DNA of 64,000 nucleotides from contig CM075994.1 in the NCBI GenBank assembly GCA_038087875.1, forward strand, positions 5,210,001 through 5,274,000, written 5' to 3'. Positions 1 through 13,899 of the stretch are shown here, piece after piece; within the stretch, counting starts at the first letter, position 1; each line of letters opens with the position of its first letter. The notes beneath the pieces are model-generated. The model was not told the DNA's origin, did no database searches, and was given only the letters and a program-made list of their open reading frames with translations. Source of the stretch: Malacoraja senta. Its lineage: Eukaryota. The position numbers and the translations under genes were made by a program.

Positions 1-660
1 GGTAAACAGTGGCGGCCCACAAACCGAGCCTTGCGGCACTCCACTCGCCACTGTCTGCCATTCTGAAAAGGACCCGTTCACTCTTTGCTTCCTGTCTGCC
101 AACCAATATTCTATCCACGTCAACACCATTCCCCCAATGCCATGAACTCTAATGTTAGTCACCATTCTCCCGTGCGGGACCTTATCAAAGGCCTTCTGAA
201 AGTCTAGATACACTATATCCACTGGCTCCCCTTCATCCAATTTACTTGTCACATCCGCAAAAAATTATAGAAGATGAGTCAAGCATGATTTTCCTCTTAT
301 CAATCCATGCCGACTTGGACGAATCCTTTTTCTGCTATTCAAATGCCCGATTATTACCTCTTTATTAATTGACTCCAGCATCTTTCCCACCACCGAAGTC
401 AGGCTAACTGGTCTGTAATTCCTCGTTTTCTCTCTCGCTCTTCTCTTGAAAAGTGGGATATCATTAGCTATCGCCCAATCTATGAAACTTATCCTGAATC
501 TATTGAACATTGGAAATGATCACAATGCGTCCACTATTTCTAGAGCCACCTCCCGGAGGCCCCGGGGATGCTGTCCTTCAGGCCCCGGGGATTTATCATC
601 CTTCAGACACATTAGTCTACGCAATAATATTTCTCGCCTAATGAAAATTAATTTCAGTTC
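1..660 (-). mobile_element. CR1-clade LINE fragment (RT region), runs off the window start
   Basis: ORF 265..510(-) contains NYRPVSLTSVVGKMLESI and GKSCLT. Bases 1-60 encode the GVPQGSV-type motif on the minus strand. Confidence 0.9.
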
Positions 661-802
661 CTCAGCGCCTCAGTCAGTCTCTGCTAGATGTGAGAGCGAG
701 AGGATCACGTCTATCAGTCTGAGCTGGGATTAACACTGATCACATTTCTACTAAACTGGTTTTACTGACCATTCAGTGCCCTTAATGTGATTTGAAAATA
801 TA

Positions 803-1237
803 GTTTGGAAATGCTAATGCATTGTTGCCTTTGGTTTGGAAATGCTAAAGCTGTGTTGCCTTTGGTTTGAAATGCTAAAGCTATGTTGCCTTTGGTTTGC
901 AAATGCTAAAGCTGTGTTGCCATTGGTTTGGAAATGCTACAGCTGTGTTGCCTTAGGTTTGGAAATTCTAAAGCTGTGTTGCCTTTGGTTTGGAAATTCC
1001 AAAGCTGTGTTGCCTTTGGTTTCGAAATGCTCAAGCTGTGTTGCCTAATTCAAATTGCCTTTCCTATTTAAAGTTGCCTTGCATATTTAAAGTTGCCTTG
1101 CCTAATTAAAGTTGCCGTGCGAAATTTAAGTTGCCTTGCCTAATTAAAATTCCCTTGCTTAATTAAATTTGCCTTGTCAAATGAATGTTGCCTTGCCTAA
1201 TTAAAGATGCCTTGCCCAATTAAAGTTGCCTTGCCCC
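803..1237 (+). repeat. Two adjacent tandem arrays, a ~32-bp unit (GGTTTGGAAATGCTAAAGCTGTGTTGCCTTT) then a ~19-bp unit (TTGCCTAATTAAAGTTGCC); probably a 5' extension of the adjacent Helitron
   Basis: Units are directly visible. The 19-bp array recurs inverted at ~60355-60460 next to the second copy of the same Helitron. Confidence 0.85.
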
Positions 1238-1985
1238 TCTATATTATTTAAAGTCTAATCTTGACCACTTCCTGTTTGAGATTTATACTGATTTTTTTTT
1301 AAACGCTACTACGTGCAGCTGTTATTTCTGGCCATCTTACTCAGAGTCCCCCTCCGCTCATCAGGTGAAGAGGATTTTTCTCCTCGATGAAAAATAAAAG
1401 ATTTATTAGTGTTTAAATAATGTTGAGATTCTCTCTCATGTGAATCACGCAACGACGGCCACGCCCCTTCTTGTGGGAGAGGGGAGGGACTATAAAACCC
1501 AGAAGGGGGAGGGACAATAAAACCCAGACATTCAAACCCAGGCGTGGCTCAGTCTCCGCAAGATGGATGTGGGAGGGGTTACGACTCGCTGTCTTTAATG
1601 GCCTTGCACCCTGCTTGAAATGGTATGAAACTGCACTTGCATTTGGTTGCCTTGAACCATGCTTGAAGTGGTATGAAACTGCACTTGAATTTGGTGGCCT
1701 TGCGCCCTGCTTGAAATGGAATTTCAAACAATAGCCCTGAATCATCTGCCAGTCCAACAGCCGTGAGTGACTGAGCCGCCAGTCTAAGAATCCATTCGGC
1801 CCACAATGTCCATACTAGCCCTCTGGAACGCAGACCCTTCAGCCCACAACACCCATAGTAGCGCTCCAGAACCCCCCGCCCCCCCACTGGCCACCAATAT
1901 TGGAATTGTTGGTGAGGTGATATATTCCGTTGCAGTACCAGCCTTCCCGTATGATGCTGGGACCAACGGATTCCACTTAGTCTAG
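1238..1985 (+). mobile_element. Non-autonomous Helitron
   Basis: 5' TCTATATTA at 1238, degenerate subterminal hairpin GGGACCAACGGATTCCAC (~1959-1976), 3' CTAG at 1982-1985 followed by T. No TIR or TSD. A homologous inverted copy lies at 50521-51209. Confidence 0.75.
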
Positions 1986-3079
1986 TTTATTGTAAACTCT
2001 TGCAAGAAATAAATGACATTTGTTGTGATGGCGACGTGTAGTGTTCATTTAGATGTAAGATGTATTCAATGATAGTAGTTTATAGTTTACGGTAAAGTTA
2101 TTACATTCGCAAGAAAAATTGTGCTGCTGGGCTCGAACATGAAATCATTAACTTCGGATCATTTCAAGTAATTTTGCAATGTTTTTTGCGCAAGTATTTT
2201 TCAGCGGTCACCGAAATATATGCGTATTCCGCGAATGATTTTATTTTAGGCTGCAAGTGACTATACAAAAGTGAGCTGATGAGATTTAATGTGGACAACC
2301 TACTGATCAAACATTTGTAAATGACGTCGTGTTTTAGAAAGAAATGCGGGACCTATAAAACGATCCCTTCATTCGATTCATTAATTCCGTAACCGAACGC
2401 CAGCCGATGTGAATAAAAAGCTGTTATGAAAGACGTTTTGCGACATTACAAAGTCAATGTGTTTCCACGTTATATCATACGTCGTAAGTGTGGATGGGAA
2501 TTTCAAATCTAAACCACATTACGTCCTACATTAACGCTACTGCTTACAAATTGCTGGATCTGTGTGCAGAAAATTAAGCGGATCTGATTTGATCACATCT
2601 GAGTTATAAACCAAATGCTTGCGAGATATATGAAAGATTGGGCAGTGTGGAGGGGGGGGGGGGGTAATGGTGGCGAAAAGCGGCTGACCGGCGGTCGGTA
2701 CCTGTAATCCGGGTTGGGTTCCAAATTGGATGTCTGGAACCGGAGCAGGAATTCAGGAGGTAGAAGATGGAGGTGCAGACAAAGCGTCGAGAAAACGCAC
2801 GTGGATGCGGAAGAGAATTGCTGCGTAAAGCGGCAGATCGACCTGTCTGAAGAAGTGTCTGCACATGAAACATCACCCATTCCTTCTACCCAGAGATGCT
2901 AGCAGTCCCGCTGAGATACTCGAGCTATTTGAGTCTAACTTAGATGATACATTGAGTTTGATATTCAAAAATTATTTATTTGGGGAAGATTCTATTAGAC
3001 CCAGGAATTAATATACGAATCTGAGGACAGAAATCAGCCAGATAGCTTTTGATCCTTTATAGGGAATATGGCATAATGT

Positions 3080-3375
3080 GTTTTGAGATACCGTGAGGAA
3101 ACACGCCTTTCGTCCTCCGAATCCACGTTGACCAGCGACCACCCCGTCCACAAACAATATCCCACACAATAGGGACAATGTACAATTTTACCGAAGCCAA
3201 TAATCCTACAAACCTGCACATCTTTGGAGTGTGAGAGGAAAATGAGTTATCCAGAGATACCCTACGCAGTCACATGGAGAACGTGGAAACTATACATACA
3301 ACACCAGTAGTCAGGATCAAATGCGGGTTTCTGGCGCTGTAAAGCATTAATTCTACGGCTGCGCCTCCGTGCCGC
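3080..3375 (-). mobile_element. tRNA-derived SINE (V-SINE/HE1-like), degenerate
   Basis: Reverse complement resembles the SINE at 24003-24320 (GCGGCACGG.GGCGCAGC head, GTTTGTAGG.TTAATTGGCTT body). Confidence 0.7.
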
Positions 3376-4472
3376 ATGATAATATTAAATATATTGTAGC
3401 ATCGTACTTAGATAAAATCCGTGACCAACAGCAATCTTGAGCAATTATGCTTTGTTGAGTTATTGGACTTCATTGAGGAAGAGGCATCGAATATGAATAA
3501 AGAGCAACAGATGCGTTGCCACGACAGAAGACAGTACGGAATATAAAAGCTCATAGTGGAAGATGTGTGGATATAGATGTAACACGTTGGCCAGTTAACA
3601 GGAATGGGAGAGTGGGCATCGAAAATAACCGATAGGCAAGATTTTTGAGTATTGACCTGCACGCAGTGATGGTGAAGTTCGTTCGTAATTTAGCTAGGTG
3701 GAGTGAAGACATTTATTGACTTATGGTCTTTAAATTTAATAACAACACAACAAGAATAAGAAAAGAAGTGATAAAGTGGAAATAGCGACCCTGGAATAGG
3801 ACATAGTTTGGTGAAATGTATGTGCCAAGATCATGAGAATCGAGTATAATATTGCAAAAAATTAAAATGTCCATTTTGGCAGTAAAATTATGTAGAAACA
3901 TATTATCTTAGAGAGATGGGAGCTTGCAGAGCCCCAATATATTATGTGTATTCGCGCGGCAGTAATTAGATAGGCTAACAGTAAATATAATTTATTATAA
4001 GGAGAATGGAGACCACAAATTCAAAGCTTATATTCCAAACACGCTAGCCATAGCGACTGCAAAACTGCAGTGCCTACCTGGGTAGGCTGATAGGCTGCTA
4101 GGTAGTTGAATAGAGAGTGACACAGCCTTATGTCAACGACCTTTACGTTTCTTAAGTACATACCTCCGTCTTTATGCTCCTCTGTTTACGAAGAATACAG
4201 AACCATTAATTGTATTATTTAAGGAAAATTCGCTGAAATGCATATATTCTAACGTTATGAATATATTTAGTGCAATAGAGCATGTGAAATATTCCTTAGA
4301 ATTCTTCCACTCTAGCTATTTTAGCATTTTCAATGAGGTATTAGTTCACAAAGTTTGTTTGTCGAATTATCTACGTCAGCGTGGCTCAGGTGACATTCGT
4401 GAGATTTTGTAGGGAAGCGGTACTTTTCTAAAAAATATATGCCAATTAACTTCGTAATCAATCAATTTAACC

Positions 4473-5551
4473 CTACTGACTCCGATAGCTATCTAGACTA
4501 CACTTCGTCTCACCCAGCTTCCTAAAATATTGTATCCCCTTCTCGCAATTATCCTGTCTCCTCCCCAACTGCGCCCAGGATGACGTTGTCCATACCAGGT
4601 CATTGGATATGTCCGCATTCTTTATGGAACGTGGGTTCCCCTCTTCCATTACAGATGCGTCTCTCACTACGGTCTCCTCGATATCCCGCAGCTCCGTTTT
4701 TGCTCCCCCTACCCCCAATCGTAATAGGATAGAATCGCCCCTGTCCTCACCTTCCACCCTATCAGCCGCCGCATTCAGCAAATAATCCTTCAACATTTTC
4801 GCCATTTCCAACCGAATCCCAAAACTGGTCACATCATCGCATCTCCACCCCTTTCTGCTTCCCACAGAAACCGTTCCCTCCGCAACTCCCTGGTCAACTC
4901 GAGCTTTCCCACCGAAAACACCCTTTCTCCAGGTACTTTCCCTTGCATCCGAAGGAGATGCCACACCTGTCCCTTTACTTCCCCTCTCGATTCCATTCAA
5001 GGACATGAACAGTATTTTCAGGTGAGGCAGAAGTTCGCATGCACTTCCTCCAACCTCATCTACTGTATCTGCTGTTCCAGATGTCAAGTACTGTATATCG
5101 GCGGAACCAAGCGCAGGCTCCGTGATCGTTTCGCTGAACATCTCCGCTCAGTCCACCTTAACCTACCTGATCTCCCGGTTGCACAAAATTTAACTCCCTT
5201 TCCCATTCCCAATCTGACATTTTTGTTCAGGGCCTCCTGCATTGTCAGTGTGAGGCCCAGGGTATATTGGAGGAAGATCACCTAATATTTCGCTTTAGTT
5301 GCTCACACCACACCGGTATGAACATTGACTTCGGTAACTTCGAATAGCTGTTGCTTTCCTTCTCTCTCCATCACCTCCCCTTTCCCAATTCTCCCACCAG
5401 TCTCACTGTCTACAACTACATTCTATCTCTGTCCCACCCACTCGCCTGACATCAGTCTGAAGAAGGGTCTGGACCCGAAACGTCAACCATTTCGTTCTCT
5501 CCAAAGATGCTGCGAGTTCCGCTGAGTTACTCTAGCATGTTGTGCCATTAG
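4473..5551 (+). mobile_element. 5'-truncated Penelope-like retroelement (GIY-YIG endonuclease end)
   Basis: ORF 5022..5285 encodes NLIYCICCSRCQVLYIGGTKRRLRDRFAEH. 11-bp TSD TCAATTTAACC at 4462-4472 and 5552-5562. Confidence 0.9.
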
Positions 5552-6849
5552 TCAATTTAACCAGAACTGTGGACAGAACAGAATTTCTGAAACATTCTCT
5601 CACCCATTGATGCTTTTGATTCTTTCAAGTCATTGGCTTCTGGAGGCAAATCGAGATGCAATCTCTTATTCAAAATATTATACACATGCGTAGGATTTAA
5701 TTACCCACTCCAAGAGCAATCAATGACCATTTTCAGCGAGCGTCGTCAAGGTTATTTAAAATCAGCGCCACCGCTCTGCAGTCATTGGATGCTAGAACGC
5801 GTCTTCTTTAGTGCAGGAACCAGGAAGAAAGTCTTCTACCGCACAGGAACTCTCTCCGGGTTTATGGTTCAGTTTGATGATATGGTGGGGTATTCCGCAC
5901 AACCGGCCCGCGGACGCCATTAGTTCCCCAGGGCTAAATCCATTCGAACCCGCGGCTTTGTCGGAGCGGAGTCACCTCAGCACTTTCCCCTCCTACACAG
6001 CCTTGATGGTTAGATGCGACAAAGAATTGGCAGAGAAAGTGGACCAGGGGGATCGATGGGAAGAGTGTGTCGGGGAGCAGATGGGAGCCCATGCAATAGG
6101 GCGACCCGAATAGTACGCGACACATCAAATGCAGTGAAACGAAAGTACTGTAGAGCTGCATCATGACGTCCTTGCGCTTACAGTGAGGGCCCTCGGCAAA
6201 GAGGAAAAGTTATCATCGGCCTTCATAACCACCTTACCTTCGTGTCCTGTCACCTTCAATGGGAAATAAACTTAGACTCCAAGATCGCTCTGCACATCAA
6301 CGCTGTCGCCATTAACTGTATACAGTTTCCGTGCATTCAACCTCACAACGCGAGGCACCTCACACTTGCCAGGGTTAAACGTTGCCTTCTATTTTGCCGC
6401 TCATAATAGCAATTCGTTAACAACCTGCTGCATCTTCTCATTGAATACCGCGCTGTCTGCCACACTTCCAAATTTCGGGCTGTCACCAAACCTCCCCAGC
6501 AACCAATATACATTTACGTCCACGTCATTTAGATCGCACACATCAGAGATTCCGTCACAGATACCTGCGGAACTCTACTGGTCACAGATCTCTAGGCAGA
6601 ATAACTACGTTCCACCACAAACCTCTGTTTTCAATGAATAAACTAGGTCTTAATCCAATGTTGCAGTGAGCGAAACGCAGACAGTGATATATATGCCTTC
6701 TTTCCATCTGTAGGTCAGGAACGTAGAAAAGTTACGTTCATGCCTGGATAATTGCAGTCCCAACAACGAGCAAGGTTTGAAACCTTGGTCGTACGATCGC
6801 TACCTCATAGCACGTTTAAAACATTCTCTCCAGCTCCATGCAAAGTCAT

Positions 6850-7325
6850 ATGATAATAAGGGCATACGGAATATTGGTAGCATTATGCCATTCGCTCCAT
6901 CAAGTCTCCGGCATTTAATCACGGTGGATCTATCTCTCCCTCCTAACCACATTTCCTGCCATCTCCCTGTAACCTCTGACGCTTGTACTAATCAAGAATC
7001 TATCTATCTCTGTCTCGAAAATATCCACTGACTTGGCATCTACGGCCTTCTGTGGCAAATAATTCCACAGATTCACCACTCTCTGACTAAAGATCAAAAT
7101 CCACCTCTCCTGCCTAAAAGTACTTCTATTATTTCTGAGGCTATGACCTCTAGTTATGGGCTGTCTACCTGCTGGAAACATCCTCTCCACATCCACACGA
7201 TCCAAGCCTTTCACAATTCTGTATGTTTGAATGTGCTCCCATTTAATTCTTCTAAACGGCAGCGAGTACTGGCCTAGTTCAGACAAACGCCCATCAGTGG
7301 TGACCCAAAACAATTCCTGGGATCA
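6850..7325 (-). mobile_element. CR1 LINE 3' fragment
   Basis: ORF 6930..7313(-) contains KGLDRVDVERMFP, TRGHSL and FSQRVVNLWNYLPQKAV. Confidence 0.85.
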
Positions 7326-7469
7326 GGGGCTGAATTGGCTGCTATGATAGCAAATACTAATCCAACACTATCCACCGCAGTAAATGACAGGTGTTTCGTC
7401 ATTTGGGAGCAATAATACACGTAGCTTTACCCATGAACAAACGTACACGCACAAACATACACGCACACA

Positions 7470-8020
7470 CGCGCGTGAATATCCCCAAGCACTGAGAATC
7501 CAGACCCGATAAACCAGGAGTATACTTCCATCCCGGATTTCAGTGGTTTAGAAATATAACTTCCCGGTTGCAATTATAAGTAATTCACAGTTTGAAAGTA
7601 ATTCAAAACATTCAAAGTCACTCGGTAACCATAGTACATGATACCCTTTCAAACTAGCTGCAAAACAATAATTGTCCATTAATATTCTTAAAATTGGAAG
7701 GGCTGCCTCACTGTTACAGCGACCCGATCGATCCGGACTTGTGGAATATCTACATCGAGCTTACCCCTCCCATTTCCAATCCATGTCAGTTTCGCTGTGA
7801 ATGCAAACGTTTCGTCCCAAATCCCAATGATGTTCTGATTCGTATCCTTGGAGACTGGGAATCACTTGAAGATTGTTGGAAAACTGAAGGGCCACTCGTG
7901 GGGGTGTGAAAGAAAATCGGTTGCAATGAACTAAATAGGACGATAGTTTAATGAGATGCCATGGACAATGAGCCTAATGCCCTGAATCTTTGCCGTAAAT
8001 AAATAAAACATATACCAAAC
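7470..8020 (-). pseudogene. Decayed ORF remnant downstream of the terminase, unidentified
   Basis: A single minus frame reads ...DFLSHPHEWPFSFPTIFK*FPVSKDTNQNIIGIWDETFAFTAKLTWIGNGRGKLDVDIPQVRID... with few stops. Confidence 0.35.
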
Positions 8021-8212
8021 CTCAGTTGCTTTCAAGAGGTTGACAGAATTCTTAAAGATAGCGGAGTCAATGGATATGGGGAGAAGACAGGAACGTGGTA
8101 CTGATTGTGGATGATCAGCCATGATCACAGTGAATGGCGGTGCTGCTCGAAATGCCGATTTTCCAACTCCTGTAACTATTGCCTATTGTCTATTGACTAT
8201 AGTCTATTGTCT
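8020..8212 (+). mobile_element. CR1 LINE 3' end with (CTATTGT)n tail
   Basis: GATATGGGGAGAAG..GGAACG.GGTACTGATTGTGGATGATCAGCCATGATC 3' UTR followed by CTATTGTCTATTG. Confidence 0.8.
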
Positions 8213-8319
8213 AAAACTACTTACTCACTATCAAATAATATGGAAACACGCTAATAAGACGCCTCGCAATATGACGATTACGTATTTTACTGAATCGGAC
8301 ATAAATAAGCTATAATGTT

Positions 8320-10050
8320 TTTAATACGCCTACGGGAAGCCTGAAAAGAGCAATGCAGGTTAATAAATTGCGTGTATATTTACCATCAGTTTTTGCAGAG
8401 AAGTTGTCCTCTGCGAAAATATATAAATGATTGAAAATCTGCCAGTACCAAATCATGGAGGTCGAATTCAAAATATGTAACTAACCAACAACTTATGGAA
8501 TCGAAAAATAATTCTGAAGTTTATTGTCAGTTAGCATAGCTTAATTCAAAATTAAAATGCATTTTTTTTATTTTTACAATATAACAAGATATCCTACCAC
8601 CTCATCATATCTATCAGACTGCACACTGACGTGCAAGTAATGCAAAAATATGAAAGGGGAAAAGGTTAACAATGATAATAGGTTAACATGACCGATCCTC
8701 GTAGCAGAGGTATCTTCAACTAGGGGTACCAAATTAATATAAGGGGAGGGAGATATAGAAGAGATCTGAGGATGAATTTTACCACACGTTCTATCACGAT
8801 TGGAATCTGGATCTCTCTGTCAGATAAAGCAAAGATATCTGTGATATTCCGGGGGATTTCACTGAAACATACCGAATCATGAAAGGCCTAGATAAAGTCG
8901 ATGTGCAGACGATGTGTCAATTAGTGGAAGAATCTATGTTCCGGGTACCGATACTTAAAATAAAAGGACGTACCTTTAGCATGCAGATGATGAGCATATT
9001 ATTTTGAAAAAGGGCGCTGAATAAGTGCAATTCTGCCAGAGACGGTGGTGTAGGCTGTCAGCTGGTCTGTTTTCAGACGGAGATGGATAGTTTTTGATTG
9101 GTAAGCTTATGAAAGTTTCCGGGATAAGCAGGAAAATTGGGTTTGGAGGTAAAGATAAGTCACCCATGATCGAATGGCGGAGAAGATTCGCTGGGCAGAA
9201 TGTCTGCTCCAAGGTCTGGAGACTGGAGTCTTATGGTCGTATAGTATTCACTTAAGAAGTACCTAGACTAACACTTCAATCATTGAGAAGGTTATGGGTT
9301 ATTTCTTGAAAGCGATCTATATATGGATATCAACGAACATATCAAATGCATCATAGGGATGTGAAAACAATATTATATCGTCATGAGTCGTGTATGAAAA
9401 ATGTGAATTTGGCATTGCACACCTGATAATTTCAGGGCATCTTTACATTTTTTTATTTCTGCAAGAAATGTCACGTAGTGCAATGTTAAATACAATCTAT
9501 TTGAAATCGAAGTTCCAAAACGTAACTAACAGCTTGCCGAGACAAATTAGCAGATGGACACAGAGAACAACGGTTGTAATCAATAAACACAGTGATGACT
9601 TTCTGATTATTTATATTAAAAAAACAATATGCCGAAAACACTTAAAAGCAGCAAAACACACGAAATGTTCTGTATTTCTTCATCGTCAAAATGCATTTTC
9701 ATATTGTAGGGAAAACGTCAAAATTCTGCCTTAAAAACACGTAGAGATGAAAGAGAAGGAATGGTCTCACTCTGTGAATCTAAATCCTCACTATGTAAAT
9801 TTGAATATAGCACACAGCGGAAGTGTATTCAGCTGTCGGGATTTGACAATTTTTTAATATTACAAGACAAGCAATCCGAAATGAAAGGGATGTGTCCCAA
9901 CGTGTTAAGTTAGTAGGTGCATCCACTGGTTGACCGTGGCTGCGCTTCAACGATAGAAATTGATGTCCCATGTTTGAAGTTATTTCAGTTTGAAGATGGG
10001 AGAGCACATAAATGGTGCACCAGATTTTATTTATCACAATATGATGTATC
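8320..10050 (-). pseudogene. Herpesvirus-type terminase large subunit, C-terminal nuclease exon (decayed; interrupted by an old CR1 at ~8680-9240)
   Basis: Minus-strand motifs in order: ITVFIDYNRC..NLSRQAVSYV (9579-9596; cf. UL15 LYVYVDPAF..ASGTGVAVV), ILFSHPYDAF..IAFKK (~9305-9370; cf. LALHP..F..VRVAVEGN), FIFLHY..VVGYLVIL (~8575-8655; cf. LLFYH..YPFFLL), FSAKTDGKYTRNLLTCIAL (8346-8402; cf. YSGKRNGASDDLMVAVIM). Confidence 0.65.
8680..9240 (+). mobile_element. Old CR1 LINE 3' fragments
   Basis: Degenerate RGDFTETYRIMKGLDKVDV-type sequence and a CR1 3' UTR. Confidence 0.65.
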
Positions 10051-10147
10051 ATGGATTCATTAATTTTGGGGGGACTGAAGTAGTACGGACTGAAAATTGG
10101 TAACGGTAAGAATTGCGGTGGCAATGACCTATGTATTTTTTTTCTGT

Positions 10148-12718
10148 AACCCGTCCAAGTGGGACCCTTTGGGCCAGGTTCCACCAAAGCAATATTCTAC
10201 CACACAACGGTTCCCCTCTCGCAATCCATTCCCCCAAAGCAACATTCCACCACTCACCCATAGCCCCTAACTGCGCAGGCGCGTCTCATTTCCCCTCATC
10301 CCCCAGCACTCCCTCTCCCTCCTCTTCAACCTCCATCTTCTTTCCCTTCTCCTCTTCCCCTCTCCAATGTCTCCCTCATCTTTCCCCTACCCTCTGTCGC
10401 ACTACCTCCCTCCATAAACACTATCCCCTCCCTACACCCTCCTCTCTCTCTATCTGCTTAAATAACAATAAACAAAACCCCCTCATCGTCCCCTCCCCCA
10501 ACTCCCTACCTCTCCTTACCACAATGTAACACCTCACTAACTGTCAGTCCTTGCAAGTGAATTTTGTTAAAGCGGGGTTTTGTAAAGTGTAAATTGTGCC
10601 CAACGCAACCCATTCCACAAACGGTAATATCACCTCATCCCTCCCTCTCCTTTCCCCTGCCCTCAGTCACGCTATCCCTCCCTCCAGAGCTCCTCTCCAA
10701 TCCCTACCCCCTACTATCCCTGTATCCCCCACTTCTCAACTCCATCTGAATGGTGGCCGATTAGGAAAAGGGGAGATGTAACGAGACCTCGGTGTCATGG
10801 TACACCAGTCACTGAAAGTAGGAATGCAGGTGCAGCAGGCAGTGAAGAAAGCAAATGGTATGTTAGCATTCATAGCAAAATGATTTGAGTATAAGAGCAG
10901 GGAGGTTCTACTGCAGTTGTACGGGGTCTTGATGAGACCACACCTGGAGTATTGCGTACAGTTTTGGTCTCCTAATCTGAGGAAATACATTCTTGCCATA
11001 GAGGGAGTACAGAGAAGGTTCACCAGACTGATTCCTGGGATGGTAGGACTTTCATATGAGGAAAGACTGGATAGACTCGGCTTGTACACGTTGGAAATCA
11101 GAAGACTGAGGGGGGATCTTATAGAAACGTTCAAAATTGTTAAGGGGTTGGACAGGCTAGATGCAGGAAGATTATTCCCGATGTTAGGGACGTCCAGAAC
11201 TAGGGGTCACAGTTTAAGGATAAGAGGGAAGACTTTTATGACCGAGATGAGGAAATCATTTTTTACACAGAGAGTGGTGAATCTGTGGAATTCTCTGCCA
11301 CAGAAGGTAGTTGAGGCCAGTTCATTGGCTATATTGAAGAGGGAGTTCGATGTGGCCCTTGTGGCTAAAGGTATCAGGGGGTATGGAGAGAAGGCAGGGA
11401 TGGGATACTGAGTTGGATGATCAGCCATGACCATATCAAACGGCGGTGCAGGCTCGAAGGGCCGAAAGGCCTACTCCTGCACCTATTTTCTATGTTTCTA
11501 TGTTTCTATCTATCCCCATTATCGGCCCTCACCTCCCCCACTGCCCTCCTCTCGCACTATTCCCCACTCCCTACCACCCACTCCTCTCCCTCTATTCTCC
11601 CTCCTCCACAACTCTCCCTCCTCACTTCCACCACACCCCCCTCTCCGTCCCTACACACTCCTCTCCCGCAAAACCCCACATCCCTCCTCACCACCCCAGG
11701 ATCTCGAGGGTGCCGCTCGTTTCCCTCCTTGCGTACCCTTCGCTCGTCTCTCCCTTCCTCTCCTTTCTCCAATCCTCAGTCACTCCCTCGCTCCCTCGCT
11801 CCAAAACTCATCTCCCCTCCCTACCCGCCTCCTATCCTATATCTCCCCACGGCCCTTCCCCTATCCCCCCGCCACTCTCCCTCCACACCTCGTCCACTGC
11901 CCTCATCTCCCTCTATTCCCGACTCACTACATACCCCACTCCGCTCCCTCCTTTCCCCCTCCTCCCCTCTCCCTCATACCCTCCCCCAATTTCCCCCGTC
12001 TCCGTCCCTACCCCATCCTCTCCCTCAATCCCTCACACTCCCTCCTCAACCCCACAAGTACCCCCCACTCTCTACCTCCCCCTTCCTCTACCTCTATTCC
12101 CCCTTCTAACACCCCTCCCTCCTCAACTCTCCCACTTTCCCCACCTCTCCCTCACTACATCCTCCTCTCAATCAATCTTCCCATTCTCCCTCCTCACGTC
12201 CCCACGACCTTGAGGTTGCCGCTCCTTTCCCCGGAACAGCGATAGTTGCGCCTGCTGTTGTGGCCCGCGGCTGCTCTGGTTGTGGCTCGCGGCGGCTCTG
12301 GCTGTGACCCCCGGCGGCTCTGGCTGTGGCCCGCGGTGGATGTGGCGGTGGCGGTGGCCGCGGCGGCTGTGGCCCGCGGCGGCTGTGGCCGTCGCCTCCT
12401 GCCGCTTCCGGCCGACTGGCTGTTTAGCTGTAGGCGGACAACGCGGGGCAACGCTGGGCAAGGCGTGCGCCGCCGATGAATGACAGGACAGGAGACAATT
12501 CTGCGTGCCGGTCACTGACAGGTCGAGACTAATCAGCGCATGACTGGTCATATTATTTTAAAACCTGAATGCATTTGAAACTATACCATCAATAAGAACA
12601 AACCTTGCTGCACTTCAGCACGGGCGAGTGGCAAGTAACGGTGCGAAAAATCGTAGCACTGTCAGGTACCGTTATTGCGCAAAGAGTAAAAAAACGCAAT
12701 CCGGATGAGCACAAGATC
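10148..12718 (-). mobile_element. Non-autonomous Helitron-like element with C-rich low-complexity body and GC-rich patch, interrupted by a CR1
   Basis: Left end CCAAGTGGGACCCTTTGGGCC resembles the inverted 3' hairpin end of the 1238-1985 Helitron. Right end CCGGATGAGCACAAGATC resembles the inverted 5' end (CAGGAAGTGGTCAAGATT). Confidence 0.55.
10744..11508 (+). mobile_element. CR1 LINE 3' fragment nested in the Helitron-like element
   Basis: ORF 10917..11411 contains RPHLEYCVQFWSP and FFTQRVVNLWNSLP. (TTCTATGT)n tail at ~11488-11508. Confidence 0.92.
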
Positions 12719-13522
<804 letters not shown>

Positions 13523-13549
13523 TGTGTGCGTGGTCTAGCCACACTTTAC

Positions 13550-13712
13550 TACATAGATACATAGATACATAGAAAATAGGTGCAGGAGTAGGCCATTCGG
13601 CCCTTCGAGCCTGCACCGGCATTTAATATGATCATGGCTGATCATCCAACTCAGTATCCCGTACCTGCCTTCTCTCCATACCCCCTGATCCCTTTAGCCA
13701 CAAGGGCCACAT
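13550..13712 (-). mobile_element. CR1 LINE 3' end
   Basis: Inverted tail ATAGATACATAGATACATAGAAAATAGG plus a 3' UTR matching 11360-11510. Confidence 0.88.
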
Positions 13713-13899
13713 CGGTCGATCGATCATGACATTGCAGTTGCAAAGTGTACGATGGCAGTCCATTGACAGGATTAACGACAACTCTATTGTTCTAGAAATG
13801 AACATGTAACTGAAGGGGAAAATGTACAGTTGGCGTGATGAATATGAGAGCTAGTGATGATAATATAACACAATGTTACTAGTTTGCTCGATAGATATA

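Larger units (their letters stand above)
1990..6110 (+). pseudogene. Decayed long ORF(s) of the putative endogenous herpes-like virus, interrupted by SINE and Penelope insertions; product unidentified
   Basis: Hand translation gives long protein-like stretches with scattered stops. About 4110-4410 is open for ~100 codons (LRFLSTYLRLYAPLFTKNTEPLIVLFKENSLK...) and coding-like sequence resumes after the Penelope TSD (ORFs 5633..5923, 5811..6113). Confidence 0.45.

Noticed and set aside
803..1237. Regular repeats resembling a CRISPR array
   Set aside because: Head-to-tail minisatellite with no unique spacers, in a eukaryotic context with no cas genes.
11417..12245. Three overlapping Pro/Ser-rich ORFs (also 10131..10529 and 41333..42019)
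   Set aside because: Low-complexity C-rich DNA lacks stops in all frames; there is no coding evidence.
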